Part shown: piece after piece, positions 44,728 through 53,297 of the stretch
Layout: the number at the start of each line of letters is the position of its first letter
How positions within the stretch are numbered: the stretch's first letter is position 1
Source: Candidatus Giovannonibacteria bacterium
Lineage (GTDB): Bacteria; Patescibacteriota; Minisyncoccia; JACPKW01; UBA11713
Reading direction: 5' to 3'
Assembly (NCBI GenBank): GCA_023266875.1
Contig: JAHFOJ010000004.1
Coordinates: forward strand, 1 to 60,484
DNA length: 60,484 nt
Made by a program: the position numbers and the translations under genes
Notes under the pieces: model-generated
What the model was told of the DNA's origin: nothing
The model's input: the letters and a program-made list of their open reading frames with translations, nothing else
The model's database searches: none

Positions 44728-45396
44728 GTGGTTCAAATAATAGCCGAGTTAAGGAAAATAAGCGGAAAACAAGTAAGGAAAATGCGAAATGCGGGGAAGA
44801 TACCGGCAGTAGTTTATGGCATGGGCAAAGATGAAGCAATGCTCGAAATTGACGCAGCTGATTTTAGTAAAGTTTTCAGGGAAGCGGGCGAGTCAACTTT
44901 AATTGAGCTAAAAATTGGCGCCGAGACAAGAAATGTGTTGATCCACGATGTCGCGCTCGACCCGATTAAGGATAAGCCAATTCACATTGATTTTTTGGAA
45001 GTCAGGATGGATAAGAAAATTAAAGCCAAAGTGCCGATCACTTATGTTGGCGAGTCGCTAGCCATTAAAGAAGGAGGAGTGCTTGTTAAAGTTTTACATG
45101 AAATAGAAGTGGAAGCGTTACCGAAAAATTTGCCACACGAAATAAAAATCGATCTTTCGCTTTTGGAAAAACTTGAAGATCGTTTTTCTGTCGGACGCTT
45201 GAAATTGCCGGAAGGAGTAGCGGCGATTTCTGGCCTTGACGAAATCATCGCGTTGGTTGAGACTCCACGCGAGGAAGTTGAGGTTGAGGAAGCTCCATCG
45301 TTAGACACGATAGAGGTTCAAGCGAAGGGCAAAGAAAAAGAGGGCGCTCTAGAGGGCGACGGGGAAGCTGCATCAGAAGAAAAAGCTAAGAAATAA
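44728..45396 (+). CDS. rplY: Ribosomal protein L25 / general stress protein Ctc
   Basis: Ctc-form L25: R..GK..aRk.R..GkiPAVvYG and an acidic C-terminal tail. GTG start. Confidence 0.85.
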   Translation: MVQIIAELRKISGKQVRKMRNAGKIPAVVYGMGKDEAMLEIDAADFSKVFREAGESTLIELKIGAETRNVLIHDVALDPIKDKPIHIDFLEVRMDKKIKAKVPITYVGESLAIKEGGVLVKVLHEIEVEALPKNLPHEIKIDLSLLEKLEDRFSVGRLKLPEGVAAISGLDEIIALVETPREEVEVEEAPSLDTIEVQAKGKEKEGALEGDGEAASEEKAKK

Positions 45397-45399
45397 ACT

Positions 45400-45469
45400 C
45401 CCAAACCAACTTATGCCTTGAAAGATATAAATAATCTTATCTTGGTTCGTAGATATAAGTTGGTGTGGG
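45400..45469. repeat. Long-range inverted repeat (15-bp arms, one mismatch, 40-nt interior) after rplY
   Basis: CCCAAACCAACTTAT ... ATAAGTTGGTGTGGG. Confidence 0.45.
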
Positions 45470-45477
45470 GGTAAATT

Positions 45478-45486
45478 TGCTATAAT
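45478..45486 (+). promoter_or_regulatory. Extended -10 TGCTATAAT, 6 nt before ATG 45493
   Basis: TGCTATAAT-GAACAG-ATG. Confidence 0.55.
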
Positions 45487-45492
45487 GAACAG

Positions 45493-46842
45493 ATGGGCGT
45501 GAAGGTTTGGAAATACCAAATGTTTTTCGTGTTGACATTTTTTGCAGTCACTAATTCTTTAGTTTTTTTCCGCGCGTTCTCCGAGGTAAGAGCGCAGGGC
45601 ATAGATCCGTCAGTTGTAATCCAGCAGAGGGCAAATTTGCAGGCGGAACTGTCTAATTTAGAGAGTCAAATTCGCGGCTTTCAGAAACTAATTGAGACTA
45701 CGGAGAATCAGGCTCAAAGTTTGGGACGCGATATCGCGTTGCTTGATGCGCAAATAAAAAAAGCGAAGCTTGAGATTAAGGCGCGGACAATTGCAATTCA
45801 AAATCTTCAGGGTGCGATAAACGACAGATCGAAACACATCGGAGCGCTCGATGAAAAAATGGATCGCGAGCGGGAATCTATCGCGGAATTAATGAGGCGG
45901 ATTTATGAAATTGACCAGACGCCATTGATTCAAGCGATGCTTGCTTATAACTCGCTTTCGGATTACTTTTTTGAAACAGACTCCGCCGATGCGCTTCAGG
46001 AAGCCGTCCAAGATTCCTTCAACCAATTGCGTCAAGATAGGTCTGAAACTGAACAGGAAAAAAATGATCTCGAGGATCGGAAAGCCGAAGAGGCCCAGCT
46101 GAAAGCGCTTCAAGAAATTGAACAGAAAAGAATTCAGCAGGCAGAGGCGCAAAAGCAGCAAATTCTGACCGTTACAAAGGGGCAAGAAAAGGCATACCAA
46201 AAACTTTTGGCGGACAAGGCAAAAAGCGCGGCAACAATCAGGAGCCAGCTTTTCATATTAAATGGCTCGCCCTCCATTCCTTTCGAAAGAGCTCTCGAAT
46301 ATGCGCAGCTTGCCGAAAAAAATACCGGAATAAGGCCAGCATTTCTCTTGGGTATAATCACAGAGGAATCTAATTTAGGTCAAAATGTTGGTACCGGCAA
46401 TTGGAGTCTTGACCTAGCGGATGCTAGGTGCGCGAAACAGCGAACCGCATTTATGCAAATAACATCTGCTTTAGGACTGAATCCGGATTTGATGCCGGTT
46501 TCAAAAAAGGCATGGTATGGGTATTGCGGAGGAGCGATGGGACCTGCTCAATTTATCCCGACCACATGGCTTCTCTATCAGAATGGTGTTGCCCAAATTA
46601 CCGCGAATAATCCACCAAACCCTTGGGATCCGAAGGATGCACTAATCGCTTCCGCATTATTGCTTCGAGATAATGGTGGCGCCGGCGGGAATGCAGCAGG
46701 CGAAAGAAAAGCGGCTCTTAAATATTTAGCGGGATCAAACTGGGCAAAGCCGGCGTATTCTTTTTACGGTGATGACGTGATGGCGATTGCGCAAAAATAT
46801 CAGGATCAGATAAACCTTTTGAGAGAATACGCTAGCCGTTAG
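45493..46842 (+). CDS. Secreted coiled-coil protein with a C-terminal lytic-transglycosylase-like domain
   Basis: Signal/TM N-terminus, a long heptad-rich region and a C-terminal segment with GIITEES and [10 protein letters not shown] motifs resembling SLT/MltB-type muramidases. Confidence 0.65.
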   Translation: MGVKVWKYQMFFVLTFFAVTNSLVFFRAFSEVRAQGIDPSVVIQQRANLQAELSNLESQIRGFQKLIETTENQAQSLGRDIALLDAQIKKAKLEIKARTIAIQNLQGAINDRSKHIGALDEKMDRERESIAELMRRIYEIDQTPLIQAMLAYNSLSDYFFETDSADALQEAVQDSFNQLRQDRSETEQEKNDLEDRKAEEAQLKALQEIEQKRIQQAEAQKQQILTVTKGQEKAYQKLLADKAKSAATIRSQLFILNGSPSIPFERALEYAQLAEKNTGIRPAFLLGIITEESNLGQNVGTGNWSLDLADARCAKQRTAFMQITSALGLNPDLMPVSKKAWYGYCGGAMGPAQFIPTTWLLYQNGVAQITANNPPNPWDPKDALIASALLLRDNGGAGGNAAGERKAALKYLAGSNWAKPAYSFYGDDVMAIAQKYQDQINLLREYASR

Positions 46843-47557
46843 ATGCTTCTTTTTGGAATGCCTTTGTTATAAGCTCGAGATCTCCATCGAGAATGCGCTG
46901 GATATTGTGAAAACTTTTTTTGATGCGGTGATCTGTAATTCTATCTTGGAGGAAGTTATATGTGCGGATTTTTTCCGAACGATCCGCTGTACCGATTTGT
47001 CCTCGGCGTTCCTGCGAAAGCGCCTCTGATTCCTTTCGGCGCTTTTCGTCGTAAAGCTTGGCGCGCAAAATTTGCATCGCCCGCTCTCTATTTTTAAGTT
47101 GGCTTCTCTCTTCTCTCGAAGATACAATTACCCCGGAGGGTTTATGGAGAATTCTAACCGCGGTTTCAACTTTATTCACATTTTGTCCTCCGGGCCCGCC
47201 CGCTCTTGAGAAAGTTATTTCGAGGTCGGATTCTTTTATGCCGATTTCCTTCTGTGTAACTTCCGGCAGTATGGCGACCGAAGCGGTCGATGTATGGATG
47301 CGTCCGGTTTTTTCTGTTTTAGGCACCCGCTGGATCCGATGTACACCCGATTCTTGTTTTAATTTTTCCCAAACCCCGGCGCCTTTGATTTCTGCGACAA
47401 GTTCATCGAGCGTGCTGAAATTCCAACTCTGTTTGTAGGAAAAATTTTGATACATGCGGAAAAGTTCGCGCGCAAATATGGAGGCTTCGTTTCCCCCTGC
47501 GCCAGCGCGTATTTCCATAATTACGCTGTTAGAATGCAGGCCGACGGCTCCACTCAT
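46832..47557 (-). CDS. prfA: Peptide chain release factor 1-like protein lacking the N-terminal domain
   Basis: GGQ motif (GPGGQNVNK). RF1-type tripeptide region [14 protein letters not shown] (P-x-T). The protein begins at the segment equivalent to EVRAGTGG of E. coli RF1. Confidence 0.8.
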   Translation of the reverse strand: MSGAVGLHSNSVIMEIRAGAGGNEASIFARELFRMYQNFSYKQSWNFSTLDELVAEIKGAGVWEKLKQESGVHRIQRVPKTEKTGRIHTSTASVAILPEVTQKEIGIKESDLEITFSRAGGPGGQNVNKVETAVRILHKPSGVIVSSREERSQLKNRERAMQILRAKLYDEKRRKESEALSQERRGQIGTADRSEKIRTYNFLQDRITDHRIKKSFHNIQRILDGDLELITKAFQKEASNG

Positions 47558-47787
47558 TATTTTTTCTTAGAAGTTTTAGGGCTGTCTGCTTTAGCCTTGC
47601 GCGCTTTGAAGCGTTCAACGCGTCCGGCGGTATCAATCAATTTTTCGTTACCGGTAAAAAAGGGATGGCAATTCGAGCAAATTTCGATTTCTATTTTTTC
47701 TTTGACCGAACCGATTTTTATTATATTTCCGCAGGCGCACTTAATTTGCGCATTTTGAAAATATTTTGGGTGTGTATCTGTTTTCAT
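47557..47787 (-). CDS. rpmE: Ribosomal protein L31
   Basis: [10 protein letters not shown]-terminus and the zinc motifs C.C ... [10 protein letters not shown]. Confidence 0.93.
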   Translation of the reverse strand: MKTDTHPKYFQNAQIKCACGNIIKIGSVKEKIEIEICSNCHPFFTGNEKLIDTAGRVERFKARKAKADSPKTSKKK

Positions 47788-47888
47788 GATTTATCATAAA
47801 TATTATCACGGCTAGATGCTTTAATCAATAGGAGATTTGCTTGTCTTGTAAATTGTCGTGTTCTCTTGCGCAATACGATCTTTAGAGA

Positions 47889-47894
47889 TATAAT
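47889..47894 (+). promoter_or_regulatory. TATAAT box 8 nt before ATG 47903 (rpsB)
   Basis: TATAAT-TGTCGGAT-ATG. Confidence 0.45.
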
Positions 47895-47902
47895 TGTCGG
47901 AT

Positions 47903-48658
47903 ATGGCAAATACGGAATTGAATGTATCTGCTCTCAATGAGGGCGAAGAGATTTCTATTAACGACGGGCAAATTGAAGAAATGTTTAAAGCTGGAGTTCA
48001 CTTCGGATATTCGCGTTCACGCAGGCACCCGAAAATGTCGTCTTATATATATGGAATAAAAAATAACGTAGAATTTTTTGATTTGGAAAAAGTGAAAATG
48101 GCGCTTCTCGCCGCGAGTGACTTCATTAAAAAAATAGGCGAGTCGAGGCGCAATGTTCTTTGGGTGGGCACGAAACCCTCCATTAGAAACATCGTTTCCC
48201 AAGTGGCGAAAGATGTCAGCTCTCCTTATGTGGCTGAACGCTGGCTCGGAGGAACTCTCACAAATGCAAAAGTTATTCGCGAACGGCTAAAATATTTCGA
48301 AGATTTAAAAAAAAAGCAGTCCTCTGGAGAACTTGAAAAATACACAAAAAAGGAACAGCTCGAAATCTCAAGGGAAATATCCGCGCTCGATCGCCGTCTC
48401 GGCGGGATTGAAAGCTTAAAAAATGAGATTGCGGCCATGGTAATAGTCGATCCTAAAGAAGAATCGACTGCTTTAAATGAAGCTTTGAAAATGAAATTGC
48501 CAGTGATTGCAATAATGTCTTCTGACAGCGATCCTTCTAAGATTACGTATCCCATTCCGGCCAACGATTCTTCGCCTTCAAGCGTCGCGTTAATTTTGAA
48601 ATCTTTGGCTGGATCATACAGAAAGGGCGTAGCAAGTTCGATATCAAGCGTGGAATAA
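47903..48658 (+). CDS. rpsB: Ribosomal protein S2
   Basis: MFKAGVHFGY......P.M..YI N-terminal S2 signature. The ORF track starts at TTG 47894; the ATG at 47903 is preferred. Confidence 0.92.
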   Translation: MANTELNVSALNEGEEISINDGQIEEMFKAGVHFGYSRSRRHPKMSSYIYGIKNNVEFFDLEKVKMALLAASDFIKKIGESRRNVLWVGTKPSIRNIVSQVAKDVSSPYVAERWLGGTLTNAKVIRERLKYFEDLKKKQSSGELEKYTKKEQLEISREISALDRRLGGIESLKNEIAAMVIVDPKEESTALNEALKMKLPVIAIMSSDSDPSKITYPIPANDSSPSSVALILKSLAGSYRKGVASSISSVE

Positions 48659-48673
48659 GAATTATTCTTTGTT

Positions 48674-49123
48674 ATGGAGATCTCCAAAGATCTGATACAG
48701 AAACTTCGCGATGCATCTTCTGTTTCGGTGATGGTTTGCAAGCGCGCGCTTGAAAAAGCTGGAGGAAATTATGAAAAGGCGCTCGAAATTCTAAAGGAAG
48801 AGAATGCCTTTTTAGCGTCGAAAAAGTCCGATCGAGAAACCAAATCGGGGATTATTCAAAGTTATGTTCATGGCGGGCGAATTGGTGTTATAGTCGAGCT
48901 AAAATGTGAAACTGATTTTGTCGCGCGTTCGCCTGATTTTGTTGAATTTTCCAAGGATATAGCCATGCATATCGCGGCTTCAAATCCGTTCGACGCCGAA
49001 GAGTTAAAGTTACAACCTTACATAAAAAATTCAGCCGCGACTGTTGGGGACTATATTAAAGAGGCTATCGGGAAATTTGGCGAAAATATTGAAGTAACTA
49101 AATTTTGCCGTTTTGAGCTATAA
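48674..49123 (+). CDS. tsf: Elongation factor Ts (short form)
   Basis: UBA-like N-domain LRDASSVSVMVCKRALEKAGGNYEKALEIL and the core segment GRIGVIVELKCETDFVA. rpsB-tsf synteny. Confidence 0.88.
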   Translation: MEISKDLIQKLRDASSVSVMVCKRALEKAGGNYEKALEILKEENAFLASKKSDRETKSGIIQSYVHGGRIGVIVELKCETDFVARSPDFVEFSKDIAMHIAASNPFDAEELKLQPYIKNSAATVGDYIKEAIGKFGENIEVTKFCRFEL

Positions 49124-49132
49124 AATAAAGAG

Positions 49133-49558
49133 ATGGCTTATTTCACCGTATTCATAATTTCAATTCTAGCTATAGCAATTATTTTTTCTAGACGCTATGC
49201 GTCTGTGCGGTTATTAACGGCTGACGAATTGATGGGCAGATTGATAACTTCCTCGTCAGTCCGTAGTGATTTAAGCAATAGATACGTGATTCCAGCCATT
49301 GAGAAAATAAAATCTTTTTGGTTAGGTATGTTTTGGATGTCTGCGGAGAAGATTCTCCGCGCGCTTCGTTCTATTGTGCAAAAAATTGAAGCCCGATTGA
49401 AATATCTTTCCGAAAATATGCGCGGGAGGCATGTAAATCTGGTTGTCGGAGAAAAAACGGAATATTGGCAGACATTAAACGGCGCGAGACCGGGTCGAGA
49501 GGGGGAAAAAGAAAATGTGGCAGAGGATACAAAAAATACTCCAGAAAACGGCGAATAG
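49133..49558 (+). CDS. Hypothetical membrane protein
   Basis: ORF with an N-terminal TM helix. No family recognised. Confidence 0.5.
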   Translation: MAYFTVFIISILAIAIIFSRRYASVRLLTADELMGRLITSSSVRSDLSNRYVIPAIEKIKSFWLGMFWMSAEKILRALRSIVQKIEARLKYLSENMRGRHVNLVVGEKTEYWQTLNGARPGREGEKENVAEDTKNTPENGE

Positions 49559-49597
49559 AATTCTATTTTTGGGATTCGTAGTAAAATAATAATTAAC

Positions 49598-49632
49598 GCC
49601 ACCTTAGCTCAGTAGCAGAGCAACGGTTTTGT
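49598..49632 (+). pseudogene. Orphan tRNA 5' half (acceptor 5' strand, D-arm, anticodon stem 5' strand and UUUGU)
   Basis: GCCACCT-TA-GCTCAGTAGCAGAGC-A-ACGGT-TTTGT matches the downstream tRNA-Thr from the D-stem to the anticodon. The acceptor strand differs, and no T-arm or 3' half follows. Confidence 0.6.
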
Positions 49633-49635
49633 TCG

Positions 49636-49726
49636 CCCCGTTAGAGCCGGAGTAGCTCAGCGGCAGAGCAACGGTTTTGTAAACCGTAGGTCGCGAGTTC
49701 GAATCTCGCCTCCGGCTCTAACGGGG
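49636..49726. repeat. Inverted-repeat pair, copy 3 (CCCCGTTAGA ... TCTAACGGGG) bracketing tRNA-Thr
   Basis: The arms abut the tRNA, so the acceptor stem extends into a perfect 17-bp helix (49636-49652 / 49710-49726). Confidence 0.8.
49646..49717 (+). tRNA. tRNA-Thr (anticodon TGT)
   Basis: Manual cloverleaf: GCCGGAG/CTCCGGC acceptor, GCTC/GAGC D-stem, ACGGT/ACCGT anticodon stem, loop TTTGTAA, variable AGGTC, GCGAG-TTCGAAT-CTCGC T-arm and discriminator T. No CCA is encoded. Confidence 0.9.
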
Positions 49727-49745
49727 TAAATAGACCATCGCAGAG

Positions 49746-51059
49746 GTGGCTCAAAAATATATGCCAAAAGAAAGGGTACTGAAAATAAAAAAAGTGGATC
49801 AAGTAACTGCTGGCCAGAAGAGGAAGGTTGTTATAGCTGGCGGGGGTTTTGCCGGTGTTGCATGCGCGCTTGATCTTTTAAAAAAACATCTTGATATTCA
49901 AGTTACTCTTCTTGATAAAAATAATTTTCATTCGTATAGTCCGGATTTTTATGAAGTTGCCGTGGGAATGGCGCACAAAAATCCGTCGCTCGAATTAAAA
50001 GATTTCTTAGAGTTAAAGACAACTGTTGCAATACCCTTTGAGGATATATTCAGGAGTTATAAAAACTTCGAATTTATCGCGAGCGAGGTAAAAAATATTA
50101 ATTTCAAAAAGCGTCTTGTGGAGACTGACGGTCCGGAGATTGGATACGATTACTTAATTTTAGCTATGGGGTCAGAAACTAATTTCTTCGGTATCGCGCA
50201 CATGGCCGAGCATGCGTTTGAACTGAAGCGATTAGGAGACGCGCTTAATATCCGCGCGGGCTTAAATGAATTATTCGAATCTCGCGCGAAACATGACGTG
50301 ATTTCCATAGTTATCGGCGGTGGCGGATTTACGGGGACGGAGCTCGCCGGGGAATTGGCTATAAATTTAAAACGTTTGAGCGATTTTTATGGGCACCCAT
50401 TGGAAAATGTCTCGCTTTCCATTGTTGAGGCGAGCGGCCGACTTTTGCCCTCTCTGGATAACTGGATTTCAACAAAAGCAAAGAGGCGGCTTGAGAAATT
50501 GGGAGTCGGCGTGGTTTTATGCGGGTACATTACGGAAGTAAGAAAAAACGAAATAATTTTAGAAAATCAAAAGTCTATTCCTTTTCATTTGCTTGTTTGG
50601 ACAGCTGGCGTCAAAGCGGCTTCTTGTTTGGAAAATTTTGATGGGATTGAGCTTGAAAAAAATAAGTGCGTAGCCGTGAATGAAAATTTAGAATTGTCCG
50701 GCAGAGAAAACGTTTTTGCTATAGGCGATTTGGCTCACATTGCATATGCTGAGAACAAAAAGCCAGAGCGAATGACAGCTTGGGCGGCGATTGAAGCGGG
50801 ACATTTTGTCGCAAAGCGAATCAGTTGTTTAATTTCAGGTAAAAATAAAACTGATTTTCGCCCGAAGTCCCGTGGTTTTGTGATCCCATTAGGCGGGAAA
50901 TATGCACTCGCCGATTTTGGATGGTTAAAAATTTCAGGATGGCTGGCTTGGCTTGCCAAACGGCTAATTACCTTAAAATACTTTATGTCAATTCTGCCGG
51001 CAGGCAAAGCGTTTAGGCTGTGGTTGCGGGGGATAAAAATTTTCACTAAAAACGATTAG
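49746..51059 (+). CDS. ndh: Type II NADH dehydrogenase-like FAD-dependent oxidoreductase
   Basis: VVIAGGGFAGV and VIGGGGFTGTELAGE dinucleotide motifs, plus GD near the C-terminus. GTG 49746 from the ORF track; alternative ATG at 49761. Confidence 0.85.
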   Translation: MAQKYMPKERVLKIKKVDQVTAGQKRKVVIAGGGFAGVACALDLLKKHLDIQVTLLDKNNFHSYSPDFYEVAVGMAHKNPSLELKDFLELKTTVAIPFEDIFRSYKNFEFIASEVKNINFKKRLVETDGPEIGYDYLILAMGSETNFFGIAHMAEHAFELKRLGDALNIRAGLNELFESRAKHDVISIVIGGGGFTGTELAGELAINLKRLSDFYGHPLENVSLSIVEASGRLLPSLDNWISTKAKRRLEKLGVGVVLCGYITEVRKNEIILENQKSIPFHLLVWTAGVKAASCLENFDGIELEKNKCVAVNENLELSGRENVFAIGDLAHIAYAENKKPERMTAWAAIEAGHFVAKRISCLISGKNKTDFRPKSRGFVIPLGGKYALADFGWLKISGWLAWLAKRLITLKYFMSILPAGKAFRLWLRGIKIFTKND

Positions 51060-51060
51060 C

Positions 51061-52842
51061 TTATTTTAATCCTATCTGATATTCATAGAGACGGCGGTAG
51101 ATGCCGTCTGGAATTTTTACGAGTTCGTCATGTCTGCCTGTTTCCTGTATTTCGCCGTCTTTAAGGACAAGAATATTATTCGCCTTTCGCACGGTTGAGA
51201 GACGGTGTGCGATAATGAATGTTGTGCGCCCTGTCATTAATTTTTCCAGCGCTTCCGTGACAAGCTTTTCGGAAATTGCGTCCAAAGCCGAGGTAGGTTC
51301 GTCTAAAATTAGAATTCTTGGGTTCTTCAAAATCGCGCGCGCTATGGCGAGCCTCTGTTTTTGCCCCACTGAAAGCTTAATGCCGCGCTCGCCCACGACC
51401 TGATCATATTTTTTCTCAAATTTTTCGATGAATTCATTGGCGTAAGCTTCGCTTGCCGCTTTTTTGACGGCTCCATTTGTGGCGCTGAAGTTCCCGTAGC
51501 GGATATTATTTTTGATCGTGTCATGGAATAATATTACTTCCTGCGGCACTACTGCGATTTGACGACGCAGCGTTTTTAGGTCAATGTTTTTCAATTCAAC
51601 GCCGTCAATTTTTATTTTACCTTTTGTCGGTGAAAAATAGCGCGAAATTAAATCGACTAAAGTTGATTTTCCTACACCAGATTCTCCGACAAGCGCAATT
51701 ATTTCTCCTGTATTCACATCAAAATTTATATCTTTCAATATCGAATGATGGGTTTTTTTGTATGCGAAGGAAACGTTTCTGAAGGAAATTTCGCCTTTAA
51801 TATCCAATCGTATTTTTCCAGTAACCGAGTAATCTTCCGGAGGTATTCGCAATATTTTCTCGGCGCGTTCGATTGTAATCAAACCATTTTGGATTGTGCG
51901 CCAGTTTTGAGCGAGGATGACAAAGGGGCCGAAAAGTAGCGCGGCATATCCGTTAAAGGCAACAAGTTCGCCTATAGTCATTTGCCCGCTTCGTATCAAG
52001 AAAATTGAAACTATAAATATCGTAAGCTGGGTTAAGCTCACAATTACCTTCTGAGAAAAATTGATTGATTGAGATAGGGTGATGTATTTCGTCCAGAAAC
52101 GCGCCGCTTTTTCATAATAATTTTTGTAAAGCTTTTTCTTTTCGTGTTCTTCGGCGGTTGCTTGTTTGACAGCTTGGACGTTTAGTATCGCATCATGGGC
52201 GTCGCCCCAAGCTTTTGTATAGGCTTTATTCATTGAGGAGCTTAAATCAGCAAGACGCGGCGCAATTCGTGTGAGTGCTATCGCGTAAAGTATAACTGCG
52301 CCGAGCAATATAAAAGCGAGGAGAGGCCGGATTAGAAACGTAAAAAAGAGCGCGGCTAAAATACTTAAAAATTGCGGGGCGAGACGAATTATTACTTCTG
52401 ACACAATGCTTGATATCATTCCTGACGCGCGAGCAATGCGGTTTGTTATTTCGCCCGATTTTTGGGATTTATGAACAGATATCGGAAATTCCATAATCTT
52501 TGAAAACCCGCTTATTATATACTCCGCTTCGAGTTCTCCGTTCAAAGTTTCGTTTATGGCATTTCCGCGCCAAGCGACAATGTCGGTGATAATCTTTATT
52601 AAGAACCAAAAAACCGGAATAACTAAAAATAAAGGGATTTTGTAGCTAAAAAATGAGAGCGAAATTTCTTGGTGGATGCTATCGATGATTTTTCCAGAGA
52701 GATAGGGAACCGACGCGTTCCCGAGCGCTTCAATTATGCTTAATGAAATCAAAATTAGCACCTCTTTTTTATGAGGTCTTAAAAAATCAAATATTACCCG
52801 AAGTCCGGCTTCGAATCTTTTTCGTGTAATGCGCCTTGCCAT
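51061..52842 (-). CDS. ABC exporter, fused permease/ATPase (MsbA-like)
   Basis: Six-TM N-terminal domain, Walker A GESGVGKST, signature LSVGQKQR and Walker B ILILDEPTSALD. Confidence 0.92.
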   Translation of the reverse strand: MARRITRKRFEAGLRVIFDFLRPHKKEVLILISLSIIEALGNASVPYLSGKIIDSIHQEISLSFFSYKIPLFLVIPVFWFLIKIITDIVAWRGNAINETLNGELEAEYIISGFSKIMEFPISVHKSQKSGEITNRIARASGMISSIVSEVIIRLAPQFLSILAALFFTFLIRPLLAFILLGAVILYAIALTRIAPRLADLSSSMNKAYTKAWGDAHDAILNVQAVKQATAEEHEKKKLYKNYYEKAARFWTKYITLSQSINFSQKVIVSLTQLTIFIVSIFLIRSGQMTIGELVAFNGYAALLFGPFVILAQNWRTIQNGLITIERAEKILRIPPEDYSVTGKIRLDIKGEISFRNVSFAYKKTHHSILKDINFDVNTGEIIALVGESGVGKSTLVDLISRYFSPTKGKIKIDGVELKNIDLKTLRRQIAVVPQEVILFHDTIKNNIRYGNFSATNGAVKKAASEAYANEFIEKFEKKYDQVVGERGIKLSVGQKQRLAIARAILKNPRILILDEPTSALDAISEKLVTEALEKLMTGRTTFIIAHRLSTVRKANNILVLKDGEIQETGRHDELVKIPDGIYRRLYEYQIGLK

Positions 52843-52874
52843 AGGTTATTTAATATATCATAAATTCTGCTTAT

Positions 52875-52902
52875 TTGACAGGGCATATGTTAGATTTATA
52901 AT
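52875..52902 (+). promoter_or_regulatory. Consensus promoter TTGACA-N16-TATAAT, 8 nt before ATG 52911
   Basis: Exact hexamers at 52875-52880 and 52897-52902. Confidence 0.6.
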
Positions 52903-52910
52903 CGGAGTAT

Positions 52911-53225
52911 ATGTGTCCGATTATTGAAGTCGGACTTCAATATATGCATAAACGTTTTGATTACGGATTAGTCTTGGTAGAGCGCTTAAAAAAATCTCCT
53001 GGCGAGTTTTTAGATGTGCGAGGAATTGCGAGAGAATATAAAATTCCGAGGGCTTATCTGGAAAAAATCGCGCAGGAATTTAAGCGCGCGGGGTGGATAG
53101 AATCTCGCAGAGGTGCTGGAGGTGGCTACAGAATTTTGCGAGATGTGCAAATGTCGGAACTGATTAAGTTTTTTGAGCGCCCTTATGAAATTTGTCCGAT
53201 TACCAGGATTTTAAAAGTGAATTGA
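52911..53225 (+). CDS. Rrf2-family transcriptional regulator (short, no Cys cluster seen)
   Basis: wHTH region IAREYKIPRAYLEKIAQEFKRAGWIESRRGAGGGYRI typical of Rrf2/IscR. The first 11 codons (MCPIIEVGLQY) are contributed by a palindromic repeat. The canonical-looking start is ATG 52944. Confidence 0.8.
   Translation: MCPIIEVGLQYMHKRFDYGLVLVERLKKSPGEFLDVRGIAREYKIPRAYLEKIAQEFKRAGWIESRRGAGGGYRILRDVQMSELIKFFERPYEICPITRILKVN
52923..52941. repeat. GAAGTC-G-GACTTC palindrome family, copy in the 5' end of the Rrf2 ORF
   Basis: ATTGAAGTC G GACTTCAAT: perfect 9-bp arms. TATATG occurs on both sides (52906-52911 and 52941-52946). Confidence 0.8.
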
Positions 53226-53297
53226 TGAAAAGAATTTGCCCGCCCACCAACTTTTGTCTGCATCTGTTTGTGGCGGATTTATAAAAATAAAATATTT

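Noticed and set aside
49598-49750. Reading the outer GCCACCT...AGGTGGC pair as a genuine intron-containing or nested tRNA with the inner tRNA-Thr as an intervening sequence.
   Set aside because: After removing the insert there is no anticodon-stem 3' strand (only ACCAT, giving one mismatch and a 12-nt loop) and no T-arm. Bacterial tRNA introns are group I and much longer. It is kept only as an orphan 5' half.
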